A stretch of 64,000 bases of DNA from Curvularia clavata (GCA_023920165.1 CP089274.1:3782001-3846000), one strand, 5' to 3'. Positions 12,379-24,173 are shown, numbered from the stretch's first letter. Notes: generated from the letters alone by a model not told the origin. Program-made: numbers and translations.

Positions 12379-14223
12379 CTAGTTAGTGTTCAACTCGTAG
12401 AACAGCAGATAGACATCCTTCTGCATGCCCAGGACCTCCGAGGTCTTGCTCTCCTTGACCTTGTCGTCGCTGATGCGCCACCATCTGTTATTCGCCTTTT
12501 TGGCCTTGCGACGCTTCGAGTCTGCAATGGACGACGCCTTTTCTGAGGCGCGCTCTCGCAGCGAGCGTATACTTCGCGTCCGTGATAATGGTTCGTCTCC
12601 GCTTGTACTGCCGTTTCCAGCGTCTGCGGATGCTGCTGCCTGAGATGGGTCGGAGTCTGGTACTCGAGGCGCCGACGTCGGGGCTGGACCCTGAGACGGT
12701 AACGTCTCTTGCGACGACAGCGACCGCGTCGATGGGGAGTCGAGCGTCGAACCGGACCCACGCTCGATGTGGCTGGGTAGGTTGAGTGTCGAGACCCGCG
12801 GGCTGTGCAGGGCAGACGGCACGGTTGATGGTGTTGCTGATGGGAACGGACTGGCTTGGCGACTGAATGCGCCTTCTGTGCCAAAGGACACGGGAGTTGA
12901 GAATGGCATTGGCTGCACTTGGCGGCGGAACGACTCGTAGTGGCCACTGTTGTGGCTTCCCTTGTGAGTTACTACTGCCAGCAGGCGATAATTCTTGCGG
13001 TGCAGCAGGCCTCCCAGCGGAAGAGCTTCGGGGAAGGCGACCTTGGCGAGGTTCTTGGTCGAGGTGGTACCAAATGCAAATGTAGAGCGAGAAAGATGTA
13101 TCGCGAGAACCTTGGGAAACTGTGAGATGTACATGTGGCGAGCGATCCGTCGCTTGGGTGCTTTGCTAGAAGCAGGCAGCACAACACCTTCGGGTGTCTG
13201 CTCAGGATCTTCGTCTAGTGCTTTTTGGATTTTGGCAATGTCCGATTCCAGGCGTTCTTTGATTTCCTCATCAGTCGTCCTCGAAAGCTCGTACTTTTTA
13301 CCCTCGAGCGCGTGTTCTAACCGACAGCGCTCGCACTTGAAGTCGTCTATATACTCAACCTTGAGCATACCATCAAGACATGCGTTGAGAGAGGTCGCCG
13401 AGGCTTGTGGGACGTTCAGGGTCAGTGTGACAAAAGTCGACACTGTAGGCCTCGGTTTGAAGTGGCATGTCTGGCACTCGATCTGCGACTCAATCTTGCC
13501 CTCAAACGGAAAGCCTTCTTCGTCTGCGGCAATATCGTCCTCTTCGGCCTCATCTTCGGCCTGGTCGCCGGCGGGTGCTTCGGCAGGCACAGCGTCGGGC
13601 TGCCCTTCGCCGTTTCTTCCTCCAGGATTATCCCCATTCGTCACTGTCATAGCATCCAGTGTTGCCTGCCGCCTAGCCTTCCCCCCAGCATGGTATTCAT
13701 CGCATAGACGCTCGGTCACGATTTGAAGAAATTCCTGCGCATCTTGCTGTTGCCGGCTAATGCGTGTGCCGAATGCGCGTTCGAGCGTTCTGATAAAGGG
13801 TTGCGGAGAGATGGTCTTTTTGTATATCGGCCGTTCGTTGAGCCTATCCAGGATATCCTTCAGACCATGGGTGAGAATGCCCCGCTGCAAACCCTCCAAT
13901 CTGGCAGGTCTGACAGGGCCATTCACTATGCTCTGTCTTTCGGGGTCTACATCGTAAACTTCGGGTCCGTCGAGCAGCCGCCTGTGGGTTTCTCGTATGA
14001 GGTAGATGCGCAAATCCGGTAAGCCAGCAAGCGCCTGCAGTACCGAGTTGATGAAGCAGTCGTTCGCGGCATTGGTGAGCCCCACTACGCCCTTCTTCTT
14101 ACTGCTAGCTGCATTTGCGTCGTCGTCGAGAAAGTAGGTCGGCCCAAAGACATAGACAAGTGTGATGGCGGCAAGAGAGGCGCCAGCGGCGTAAGTTGCA
14201 ATAGTAAGGGGCTTCTCAGGCAT
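12379..14223 (-). CDS. UBP16: Ubiquitin-specific protease with N-terminal membrane anchor (Ubp16/USP30-like)
   Basis: Cys box GLTNAANDCFINSVLQAL, QQDAQEF, His box HKGSHNSGHY and WWRISDD...YLLFYE. An N-terminal hydrophobic segment is present. Intronless, 614 aa. Confidence 0.88.
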   Translation of the reverse strand: MPEKPLTIATYAAGASLAAITLVYVFGPTYFLDDDANAASSKKKGVVGLTNAANDCFINSVLQALAGLPDLRIYLIRETHRRLLDGPEVYDVDPERQSIVNGPVRPARLEGLQRGILTHGLKDILDRLNERPIYKKTISPQPFIRTLERAFGTRISRQQQDAQEFLQIVTERLCDEYHAGGKARRQATLDAMTVTNGDNPGGRNGEGQPDAVPAEAPAGDQAEDEAEEDDIAADEEGFPFEGKIESQIECQTCHFKPRPTVSTFVTLTLNVPQASATSLNACLDGMLKVEYIDDFKCERCRLEHALEGKKYELSRTTDEEIKERLESDIAKIQKALDEDPEQTPEGVVLPASSKAPKRRIARHMYISQFPKVLAIHLSRSTFAFGTTSTKNLAKVAFPEALPLGGLLHRKNYRLLAVVTHKGSHNSGHYESFRRQVQPMPFSTPVSFGTEGAFSRQASPFPSATPSTVPSALHSPRVSTLNLPSHIERGSGSTLDSPSTRSLSSQETLPSQGPAPTSAPRVPDSDPSQAAASADAGNGSTSGDEPLSRTRSIRSLRERASEKASSIADSKRRKAKKANNRWWRISDDKVKESKTSEVLGMQKDVYLLFYELNTN

Positions 14224-14585
14224 GTTGCGATGCCTAGCAATCCCGCGAGCGCGGGATGGACGGGCAGGGTTGAGAAGTTGCGCGCCAAGGTCGCAAAGGC
14301 GATACGTGAGGGCTAAGTTTGTGTAGTGGTCGTGTCGGAATCAAGGCGTGGAGTAAGTCTGGCTACGGCCGGCGCCATTGTCCGACTACTGCCCAGCTTT
14401 GGCTATTGCGCTGGCCGTCTGCTGTCGTTGCTCGTGAGGCGGGTGGGTGCAAAAGCATGCCGAGCCTTTGTACGGCAAGTCGCACCGGCCATTTGCACCT
14501 CCGCTTCCGCCGCCAGGATCGCCAGAATTGTCCGGACGTCTTACACATTTCTCGAACCCGGACGAATTCGACGACAACACGCACA

Positions 14586-15582
14586 ATGGCTTCGCTGCGA
14601 GTCTCGGCCGTTTTCCCACAATGCACGGCATGCCTACGGAGGGTAACGCTGCAAAATGCAGACGCCTGGGGGGTGCAGCAGACACGCAGCATCTCTAAGA
14701 AGGCCAAAGAGGCAGAGCGCAACATTGTCGTCAAGTTGCTCAAGGACGTGCCAAGATTCGGCCGCGCAGGTACGAGGCATCGAATGTGGCAGCTTTGCGG
14801 AAGCTCTGACATGGCTTGAGAAAGAGCCATTGTCACTGTTTCGAGCATGCGCCCAGAAATCTCGGTGCAACACTGGCTAACACTGCAAAGGCTCCTACGT
14901 TCCCCTCAACCCCTCGCTGATGCGAAATCGCTGGTTTCCCGCACGCATTGCCGACTATGTCCCCGCTACCCAGCTGAAGCAGCTCAAGGCCCAGGATGTA
15001 GACATGGCACGCGACGTCACATTTGGCGTGAGACTGAATCTGGAGGAGGTCGAGGAGGAGCAGGGCGACATGACGAAGCAGCCCAAGCGCTACGTGCGGC
15101 CAATTGAGATTGATGTGCTCAGTGTACGCTATACAAAGCTTTTCTTGGAGCCCACCTGCTAACAAGGGCAGCCCGAACGGTCCATGGAGCTCCTGGACAC
15201 ATTTGTACCGCCGACAATCGACTTTTACCGCCAGCGTATTGAACAGGACAGCCCCAAGAGAGAGCGTGTAGGAGCATCAGGCGCAGCGGACATCTTGACT
15301 GCAGCCGCTATGAGCAAGGCGAAGACGTCGGCCAATGCCATATACGGATCTGTTTCGACGGCGGATCTGGCAGCGACCATCAAGGGCGCGCTGGCGCACA
15401 ACGACGAGGCAGCCCGTGTGATTTTGAATGAGAGCGATGTCAAGTTCCTGTCAGGACACGAGGAGGGAGATGCATCGCGAGTGAAGCAGCTGGGCACATT
15501 CAAGGCCGAGATACGGTTACCTGGCTCAGAGAGGACCCTGGTACGCAACATCCGAATCAGAGCCAAAGAGGCGGAGGCATGA
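14586..15582 (+). CDS. Mitochondrial ribosomal protein bL9m
   Basis: Arg/Ser-rich presequence, then the L9 N-terminal motif VKLLKDVPRFGRAG|SYVP...MRNRWFP and the C-terminal IYGSVSTAD and VKQLGTF motifs. Introns at 14770-14890 and 15124-15171. Confidence 0.85.
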
Positions 15583-16500
15583 AGCGGCCAGGCACGGGCT
15601 TTGCATACAAGGCACCATGGCCCCTCATAATCCGGAGGGTCGAGAACCTCGGGAAAGGAGGACTATTACTCCGCCCGCTGGAGAATATGGATGTGCTATG
15701 CACGTGATTTTGCTTTCCGCATATCGGAAGAAAAATCGGACAGGGCGTCAAATACAATCACGATATCTCGCATGTTCTTGGCCGGTCTAGCAGAGTGATG
15801 CCATTGGTGGGACCCTGACAGCCTGACAGTTTGGCCGTGTGTGGTTCTGGCGCGGAGCCGACGAACGGGACGACAGGCTGGGTCGGTAATTCAAGCGCGC
15901 CAGAAACATGGCGTGTTGCGGCGAGAGTCGGACAGCATGTCACCTGTGGATGCGATGATGCTGGGATGAGGCATGGGATGCGAGGCGAAAAAGAGCCCAC
16001 TTTACTTCCGCGCTGCCGAGCCTAAGCGGCCCCGCCATGACTTCAGAGCGCGGCCGTGAAGCATCGTCGCAGACCAACCGCTGCAGGGATGGAGGTTGTT
16101 GAGCATAGCAACCACATGCGGACCATGTGAGGAGAAGGGTGCGGTAGAGGTAGGGCGAGAAATAGCATGCTGGACAGCACGAGAGCCATTGTATCGTGTG
16201 GTTGTCTATCAAGGGCGCCGTGGGATAGTGCGTGTTGCTTTTACTCGGACCGTGGTGGTGATGGCTTGGGACACGAGGTGCGTCACTGCTGCGGTCATTA
16301 GCGGGGTTGTTTTTTGTGGTCCGCCAGCCAACCCCACTACCGTGTTTGAACTTTACTCAAGCCATACATACATAGCTCTCAGTCTGCGCAAACTTCTCTC
16401 ACTACATCTTCCCTCCTATTCCTGCAACCACACAATTGACCCCAGCCCATATACCCATATACCCACACCCTTCCATCACATCTCCACGACAGTAGCAACC

Positions 16501-17515
16501 ATGGTCCAAGCCTCTGAAGTTCTCAGCCGCAAGTATGTTGCTCCCAACCCCGCCCGGCCCCTCTTCACGCCATATCTGAGCGGCACATGCTAACATTGAG
16601 CAGGACCGGTGTCATCGTCGGCGACGACGTACGGAGCCCTTGATCACTGATAATTGATTTGTGCGGCCAGCTAACACACTCCAGATCCACAAGCTTTTCA
16701 AGCACGCTCAGGCTGAGGGATACGGTAGGTCTCCTGATACGCTGAACACGGAGAGCGAGCACTGATATGAGATAGCCATCCCCGCCATCAACGTCACCTC
16801 GTCCTCCACAGTCGTTGCCGCTCTCGAGGCTGCCCGCGATGCCAAGTCTCCCATCATCCTGCAATTGAGCAATGGAGGTACGTGAAAATCACGCAGTCCA
16901 AACAAAGTCACTTGCTAACTCCCCCTGAATAGGCGCCGCGTACTTTGCTGGCAAGGGCGTAAGCAACTCAAACCAGGAGGCCAGCATTGCTGGTAGCATT
17001 GCCGCCGCCCACTACATCCGCTCAATTGCCCCTTCATACGGCATCCCCGTTGTTCTCCACACAGATCACTGCGCCAAGAAGCTCCTCCCCTGGTTGGATG
17101 GCATGATGGACGCAGACGAGGCCTACTTCAAGCAGCACGGCGAGGCCCTCTTCAGCTCGCACATGATCGGTGAGATACAGCGATTAATTTTATGTGAATT
17201 CTGCTAATTTGCTTATCAGATCTTTCTGAGGAGCCCAAGGAGTGGAACATTGGTAAGTAACTTAAAGAGCAAAAACAAGAAAAATGAACAGGCGCTAACA
17301 CGATTCCAGCCACCACCAAGAAGTACCTCCAGCGCGCTGCCCCAATCAAGCAGATGATCGAGATGGAGATCGGTATCACCGGAGGTGAAGAGGATGGTGT
17401 CAACAACGAGGATGTTGACAACAACTCGCTCTACACTCAGCCCGAGGACATCTACGACATCTACAAGGAGCTTTCCGAGGTCTCTCCTCTCTTCTCCATT
17501 GCCGCTGGTTTCGGC

Positions 17516-17552
<37 letters not shown>

Positions 17553-18027
17553 GTGAGTATCAATGACACCTGAAAATCTAGGTAATTGCTAATATCGCTG
17601 TCAGTCCGCCCCGAGCTTCTCCAGAAGCACCAGGCCTACGTCAAGGAGAAGATTGGCGCCAAGGACGACAAGCCCGTCTTCCTCGTCTTCCACGGCGGTA
17701 GCGGTTCCTCTGTCGATGACTTCCGCCAGGCCATCTCATACGGTGTCGTCAAGGTCAACCTCGACACTGACATGCAGTGGGCCTACCTCTCCGGTATCCG
17801 CGACTACATCCAGTCCAAGAGCGGTTACCTCCAGACTCAAGTGGTGCGTTGATGTGATTAACTTGTACATCTACAATATCTAACTTTCCCAGGGTAACCC
17901 CGATGGCGACGACAAGCCCAACAAGAAGTACTACGACCCCCGTGTCTGGGTCCGCGAGGGTGAGAAGAGCATGTCTCAGCGCATCAAGGTCGCCCTTGAT
18001 GACTTCTACACTGCTGGCAAGGCCTAA
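16501..18027 (+). CDS. FBA1: Fructose-bisphosphate aldolase class II, 8 introns
   Basis: Spliced translation gives AIPAINV, LHTDHCAKKLLPW, SSHMIDLSEE, EMEIGITGGEEDG, GNVHGVY, FHGGSGS and KKYYDPRVW. Introns are at about 16533-16603, 16629-16684, 16725-16775, 16878-16932, 17170-17219, 17253-17309, 17553-17604 and 17844-17892. Codon bias is strong. Confidence 0.97.
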
Positions 18028-18644
18028 ACGGCTTGTTTAGCCATAATGTGCATCAAAGTCAATCTCTCGAGACAGGCGTTTGCGGGTGAGCATGTGCTAA
18101 AATTGCGAGCATCGGTATGAGGAGTCAGCGATCCTGGTGATGAGTTTGGCGACGGTGCAGACGCATGTAATAGACTACTGTATGAAGAAACGTTCAGACA
18201 CGACGAATGTAAAACGAATTGATCAATCTGATTGGACTACGTGATAATTGTGATACCGTGTTTTTTTTTCACATTACAACATAATGACGGTTGTCTAATT
18301 CACATGATAACTGAGTTGAGACTGATAACCCATATTGGTCGTCAGTGACCGAATGCATCCTAGCTCAGCCCTATCGGAATGGCCGCGTCCTGCACGCTGG
18401 CCATGACATCACAATTCCAAGACAATGTCGCAATGCCCTTTCCCAAACTCTACACAAACAGCGCAAATCGTAGAAAGCAGGCTCATGATTAGGTGGTGGG
18501 GTAGCTGCTGACAGTGTCGGTTGTATTGTATATATCCTGTCCCACTCCCTTTGTTTCTTCATCCACATCTCCTTGACACCATACCTAAGTTTCGAATACT
18601 CAAACCTCGACTATTTTTACGACTCACGATTAATCATATCCAAC

Positions 18645-19150
18645 ATGACTGGAACACACACTGGAGCCGGCCTCGGTGATGCCATCCGCAAGGGCGTGAA
18701 CATGGTTCACGTAGGTCAAATACCTCCTTGGTATAGAGTACGACTGACAGAACTTAGGGCACTGGTGAAGCCATCCGCGGCAATGCGATGTCCATGGTCG
18801 ACGAAGCGAGCGGCGACAAAGCGAGCGCAGTCAAGAACCAAGAGATCGCCAACAAGGGAGTCAACGAGTGGGACCGTGGCTACCGCGGCCATGCCACAAG
18901 TGCTGGCACTGCTCCTACCAACACCACCTCCACAAACTACGGACCACACGACACCAACATGGGCAACAAGCTAGACCCCAGATTCGACTCTGACATGGAC
19001 CACAGAGGAACTGCGGCCGGCTCCACGAATGCAGGCCCTCATTCCACCAACATGGGCAACAAGATGGACCCACGCGTTGACTCTGACATGGATCACCGTG
19101 CTGACCCTACATCCGCAACTAGTGGTATGGGCTACACTGCACGTAGATAG
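18645..19150 (+). CDS. Fungal dehydrin-like DPR-repeat stress protein (short isoform, about 152 aa)
   Basis: ATG at 18645 and an intron at 18711-18757. Two GPHxTNMGNK(L/M)DPR(F/V)DSDMDHR repeats. Hydrophilic, Gly/Thr-rich composition. Confidence 0.8.
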
Positions 19151-19231
19151 ATGAACCTCCTTATAGTCTCATATTAATATACCCTTCCTGTTGTGCTTTA
19201 TCTGTTTTTGCTTCTTTTGCTAATGTCCAAG

Positions 19232-19938
19232 TTCTACGTACTTCTGTTTCTACTGGAGCAACCGATGGTACTGGTGAGTCTCCATGCGGCAGGTCGCTTG
19301 GTCCGGTGCCAACTGTATTGCACGTGTTTTTATATGCTTCTGCTAGAGCGGCAAACTGATAATTTATAGGCGATAAAGACACTGTCTGGAACCCTTCTCA
19401 TGGGTTTCGCGATACCTGGCACATAGCTCGCGAATACCAGCCCAGTCCAAATATACAATACGAACACCGTGGCTCAATAGGCGCTTCCTCAGGCCTCGAA
19501 GCAGCCAACAAACTCGATCCGATATTCCCTGTAGGACCTGACGCCGATTCGATGAAGTATACAGAGCACACGAATATCCATCGTCTCCGCGGCTCGATAA
19601 GCGGTGGCTCTGGTCTTGAGGCAGCCCAGAAGCTTGATCCGCCTATCGCAGTTCCCAAAAATGCCACTGGCGAAGTCTCGGTTCGTGGCCCCGGCTATAG
19701 TCAACCTGGTCCATCGTACTATCATTCGAAACCTACATATCAAGATAATGGCGTGAATTTGGGTGGCGACGAGGAACCGCTTCGATCGCCAAAACGTCCA
19801 AATGATAGGCCTGTGTCGCAGTCAACGCCTGAGGTGCAAACTTCCTATTGTCAGGCTAGAGATGATGGGAAGGGAGGCGATGTTGATTTCGAGCTCTCAG
19901 AAGAGGGATTGGATGAAGACGCCGGATTCAAGCGTTGA
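19232..19938 (+). CDS. Probable downstream exons (19232-19273, 19370-19938) of a long isoform of the dehydrin-like gene
   Basis: Phase-compatible splice sites: donor 19125, acceptor 19231, donor 19274 (GTGAGT), acceptor 19369. The last exon carries two RGSI..SGLEAA(N/Q)KLDP repeats. Confidence 0.6.
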
Positions 19939-20680
19939 TAGCACTTTAGTGAAGTTGAGGGCAAGAAGGTTTCATTGAGGAGATTGATTGAGTTGGTAGG
20001 GGAACAGCATCTCGAACACGACCTCGGTAGGAGCGAGTAGAGAGTTTCCTGGAGGAGGGCTAGGAGAATGTCTTGAAGGAACAGCAACAGGAAAGGGGTG
20101 TGCTGTTTTGCTCAAGCATATCACAGTCATCCCAGCGTTAGTTCTGTCTCATGCATGTTCAATTTGCCTGGCAATTCCTAAGAATAAACACTTTTTCAGT
20201 ATTCTATTTCTGCCCCCCACATTCCCTGAGCGCCTGTGATTTACATACTTCTTTTTGTTCTCCCTTGGCATAAAAAAAAAGACACTTAACGTCTCAAATC
20301 ACAATGCTATTTTTCTGTATCATAATTGGGCCAGATATCCGAAACGTTGACCTCATACTCGTAAAACTATCTTCTTGTCTTCTTCTACATAGCTGCATTT
20401 ATCAGATTACCCAGACAATGATGAATAAATTCGTTTTCTCAAGAAATTAAGGCACCTGGTTGAGCCACACCACAGAACGCACGACATGTATATGTAAAAA
20501 AATATATATGTATTAACAATATTTAAGTACAACACCCTCGCAAGCTCTATTCCATATACACCCATAGAGAGATATGTCGAATTTTCCATCTACGTAGACG
20601 GCCGTCGGGCACCCTTTCCCCCTCCACTCTCAAAGAAAGAAGTAGAAAGCGGGAAGGAAGGGATTGTGAGTATTGAAAAC

Positions 20681-22238
20681 TCACGTACTCGGCTTCCCAC
20701 TACCACCAACAAAACTCTCCCTCCTCCCCCAATTCCTCGGCTGCCTCTTTAGAAACGCACCCACAGCACCTAGATACCCCTCATGCCTCAAAAAGTACGC
20801 CTGGCGTGTATCCTTGCTCCAGAAGCGAATTGCATAAGATAGCGTATTCATAGTCTGCGAATGACCACCGATAAACGAGCCGCCAAAGTATATCCTCGGC
20901 AAGCCGTGTTTCTCAGCGTGGAGGTGCGCAAGTTGACCTATATTGTTCGAGACAGCGTAGAGTAGAGAGCGAGCAATGTCTTCTGGGCGGAAGGAAGCAG
21001 GAAGATTGTGGTGGGGCAGTTCCGCAGAGCCAGTGACGTGTTCTGCCTCTTCACGCCGCTTGAGGTCGCCATTGCAGCCGTCTTCAGCTTCGCGCTCAGC
21101 CGCGCGTTTCATTTTGTAGACTTTGCCAAAGGAAGAGGCGATGTGTGTGCTTTTGAGACCAATCTTGTTATAGGCTTGGCCGTAGATGTCGCCGACGAGG
21201 AGGTCGACGGTAGAGTTGTCGCCGTTTTCGGCAAGCCGCAACATGTCGTCGAAGCTGCGGGCACCGGTCAGCAGGGACAAGAGGCCCCAGAGGGTTCCGC
21301 CACCCAGAGAGGTTCCGCCAATGCGCTCGAATTGCCGGGGCCCAGAGACTTTGATCATGGAGACGCCCGAGCCAATGTTGACGAGGAGGTAGGGATAAAT
21401 GTTGGGTGGGTCGGGGGGATGTGGCATGAAGGTCATTGGGCTGTCTTCGCTGTAGGTGAATACTTCGTTGGGGATTTCGTTGATGAAAAAATCGAGGCCT
21501 ATAAGTAGCTGCTGTTAGTATCTTCTTTTTCTTTTGGCGATTGCGATCATACCTATGATCAAGCACTCCATTTCGTCTTCTCTTATGACCTCGACATTCA
21601 GCGCCTCTTTGATTTTGTCAAAGTACTTGAATGCGCCGCCTCCTGTAGCCATGATGCACAGGTCTGGCGACTTGGATCCATTGTCGTGTTTCTGGTCGGC
21701 CTGCAGCTTGCGCATGAATTCTATACATGCGTCTATGCGATCAGTCTCGAACTTGAAGAAGTTTAGACGTCCGCCAGCGGCATCGTCGCCTGGTTCGCGC
21801 GAGAAGTATACGAGTTTTGCGAGGGAACCTCCAATCTGCCAGGTTGTCGAATGTCAGCATATTGTTGGTTGTCTTTACAAAGGGGTCGGCGCTGGTTGGT
21901 CGCGTGCAGCACCCCAACCCAGCACACCACGGCGCATTAGCACTTACATCGACGGCTACATGGCTCACGACCGAGGTGTGGTTCGGTAACCTAATATCGT
22001 GGGGATCATGTTCGTAGTCTTCGCTCTGCGGTGTGTCTGGCTGCTCTTCGTCGACAATGAAGGCGCCCTGGACATTGATGCGCACGCTACCCGGATGCTG
22101 GATCGTGTCCTCGATATCGCTCTGGACGGTGGTGCGCCTGGGGCGGCCGTGTTCGGGGGTCGATGAGGTTTCTATGGCATGGGCACGCGATGCCTTTGGG
22201 CCGGTTTCACCCGTCGCGGGGTCCAATGCAGGCATCAT
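20681..22238 (-). CDS. CAB1: Type II pantothenate kinase (fumble family)
   Basis: SHVAVD|IGGSLAK, MATGGGAFKY, EDEMECLIIG, LLVNIGSGVS, GGTSLGGGTLWGL and RHEGYLGAVG. Introns at 21947-21836 and 21552-21499. An upstream in-frame extension to 22400 exists, so the start is uncertain. Confidence 0.93.
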
Positions 22239-23130
22239 TGCGGCGGAGGGACGAGGTCTTGGCGGCAGCTTTACTCTCTTCCAACGACGACGGCGCTCGC
22301 TCGAGGGTCGTCGGCTGGCGATGGAGGCGGGATGCGCGGATGGATGTGCGAAAGGAGGTGTCGGCACAGGAGTCGCTGTAGATAGCGATAGACGCTCCAT
22401 TTGTCCGCTTTGTAACGGGGCTTATTGCCTGGGCAAGACGTGATCTGAAGTTCTGCGCAGAATAGAGCCCAAGAAGGTCAACAATTCTCCACCTCGCTGA
22501 CGACCAGCGCGAGCGGAGCACAAAGGAGGTCCATATATCTTCTCCATGCCTTCTCCCCGGTGGAACGGATCCTAGTGAGGGCAATATGCGTGCTCATTGC
22601 CGAGTCGGATGATTGTTAAGCTCGGCAACTTTTGGGAGAAAGATGGGGAACATCCTCGGGATCGGCTTGTTGAGTTGTGGAGAAGCTGCAACATCTCCAA
22701 TCTTGTTCGACTCGGGCTAATTGCGGGCAGTGGGCTAAGAAATCTAGAAGAAATGATAAAGGAAAGTGTCTGGTAGATACGCCTCGTAAATCCAGGGTGG
22801 TCAAGGCCATGCCACGTGCTGCACCATACCTGTGTTAAGTACGAGCTTCAAGTACGTCATGAGGTGTGCCTATACGTACTACTACTAGAAAATGCATACA
22901 ATGCTATTTCTATCATCACTTTTGCCTACAAGGCACAGTGCGTCCGTACAGACAATCGCGCACCACTATAGGAGCCGATGACGTCGTGCATCAGTACCTC
23001 AAAACCCACGAGCCTGACAGTTAGAACTAACCTCCATCGAACGCAATTGTCAAGCCATTCACTCTATTTTGCGTCTAATACTCGCCTTTCACTACCTTCG
23101 TCGTTCACAAGAACATTCAACACCAGCAAC

Positions 23131-24138
23131 ATGTCGTGGATGGATTCCTGGTCTCGCCCCAGCAAACATGCTGTCACGCCACCTCCTCTCTACCTTACCG
23201 CCGGCGACTCAGTCCCCTACTGCCACAGCTGCGGCCGCGTCATCGGAGACCGACGTAAGACCCAAAAAGCAGCTGAAGTCAAATACTGCTCAGCACGATG
23301 TCGGAACAGCAAACCTGGACCCATCGACCGGAAGATCGAAGCCACATTTGCCGCCCTATTAAACGGCGCAAGCATAGAATCACTAAAAGAAGACGCTGGA
23401 ATAGAGCCCACAAATGGCGAGAATGAAGACGAGCACGACCGCCGCAAAGGTGATAAGAAACATAGAAAGAAGCCATCCAAAACAATCAAGGGCGACCAAC
23501 GCATAATCATCGACTGCAGCACCGTCGAGTCCATAGTCTTTCACCGCGTCAAAGATCCTGAAAAAGTCTACGGGCGCCGCAAAAACCGCAAGGCACGCTT
23601 TGTCATTGAAAAGCCAGAGGACTGGAGGAGCGTCGACATGGTCGATGATCCTAACCCCCCTAGCAGTACAGTAGAATCCTCAGCGCAACAACATCCGCCT
23701 CCCGATCTCACCAGTGACGACGATACCATTTCGGACTCCGAGGGCGAGGCGGATGGAGGCGTCGTGTTGGAGCCTGATTTGGCGCCAGCAACAGGATCCC
23801 ATGCTCTGCCTGATACCATAGAGTACGGCTATGGGTCTGGCAAGATCCGCCCGCCACAGGCGCAAAATGACGTTAATGGTTCGGTGGGAGGGGAGAAGGG
23901 CTGGGCTGAGCGGATTGAAGAGACGGATGAGATGAAGCTTAAGCGACGGGAAGGCCAGAAGAAGGCGGATGAGAGGGAGATGGTGCGCAAGGCAGCGAGA
24001 CGGGGTTGTGCATTTGGTTTTGCAGTGCCAGGTGAGGCTGAGAAGAGAAAGTGCGAGGCGGTTATGAAGGGAGCGGTAGTGGAAGCGAGCTTTGCAAAGG
24101 GAGAGTGGGGTGTCAGATGGAGAGAGAGGACTTTTTGA
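23131..24138 (+). CDS. Hypothetical protein with a CxxC...YCSxxC zinc finger (DUF2256-like)
   Basis: Motif PYCHSCGRVI...VKYCSARCR. C-terminal 'REMVRKAARRG...KGEWGVRWRE'. Intronless. An upstream in-frame ATG is at 22978. Confidence 0.75.
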   Translation: MSWMDSWSRPSKHAVTPPPLYLTAGDSVPYCHSCGRVIGDRRKTQKAAEVKYCSARCRNSKPGPIDRKIEATFAALLNGASIESLKEDAGIEPTNGENEDEHDRRKGDKKHRKKPSKTIKGDQRIIIDCSTVESIVFHRVKDPEKVYGRRKNRKARFVIEKPEDWRSVDMVDDPNPPSSTVESSAQQHPPPDLTSDDDTISDSEGEADGGVVLEPDLAPATGSHALPDTIEYGYGSGKIRPPQAQNDVNGSVGGEKGWAERIEETDEMKLKRREGQKKADEREMVRKAARRGCAFGFAVPGEAEKRKCEAVMKGAVVEASFAKGEWGVRWRERTF

Positions 24139-24155
24139 ACGAAGATTTTCCGAGC

Positions 24156-24173
24156 TTTAGGTTAGGGTTAGGG
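24156..24173 (+). repeat. Short interstitial telomere-like tract TTTAGG(TTAGGG)2
   Basis: Read directly between the convergent 3' ends of two genes. Confidence 0.6.

Noticed and set aside
16501..18027. Nested (stwintron) or non-canonical introns in intron-rich genes
   Set aside because: All introns I resolved are simple GT-AG introns that restore the reading frame.
18025..18120. Cryptic peroxisomal PTS1 by readthrough or alternative splicing of aldolase
   Set aside because: The stop is TAA-ACG, a poor readthrough context, and neither the extension nor last-intron retention gives an SKL-like end. The thioesterase TAA-CTA extension (LCCIWY) also lacks PTS1.
24156..24173. CCCTAACCCTAAC as a telomerase RNA template
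   Set aside because: There are only ~225 bp between two convergent CDSs, whereas filamentous-ascomycete telomerase RNAs are on the kilobase scale. I saw no pseudoknot or other supporting elements.
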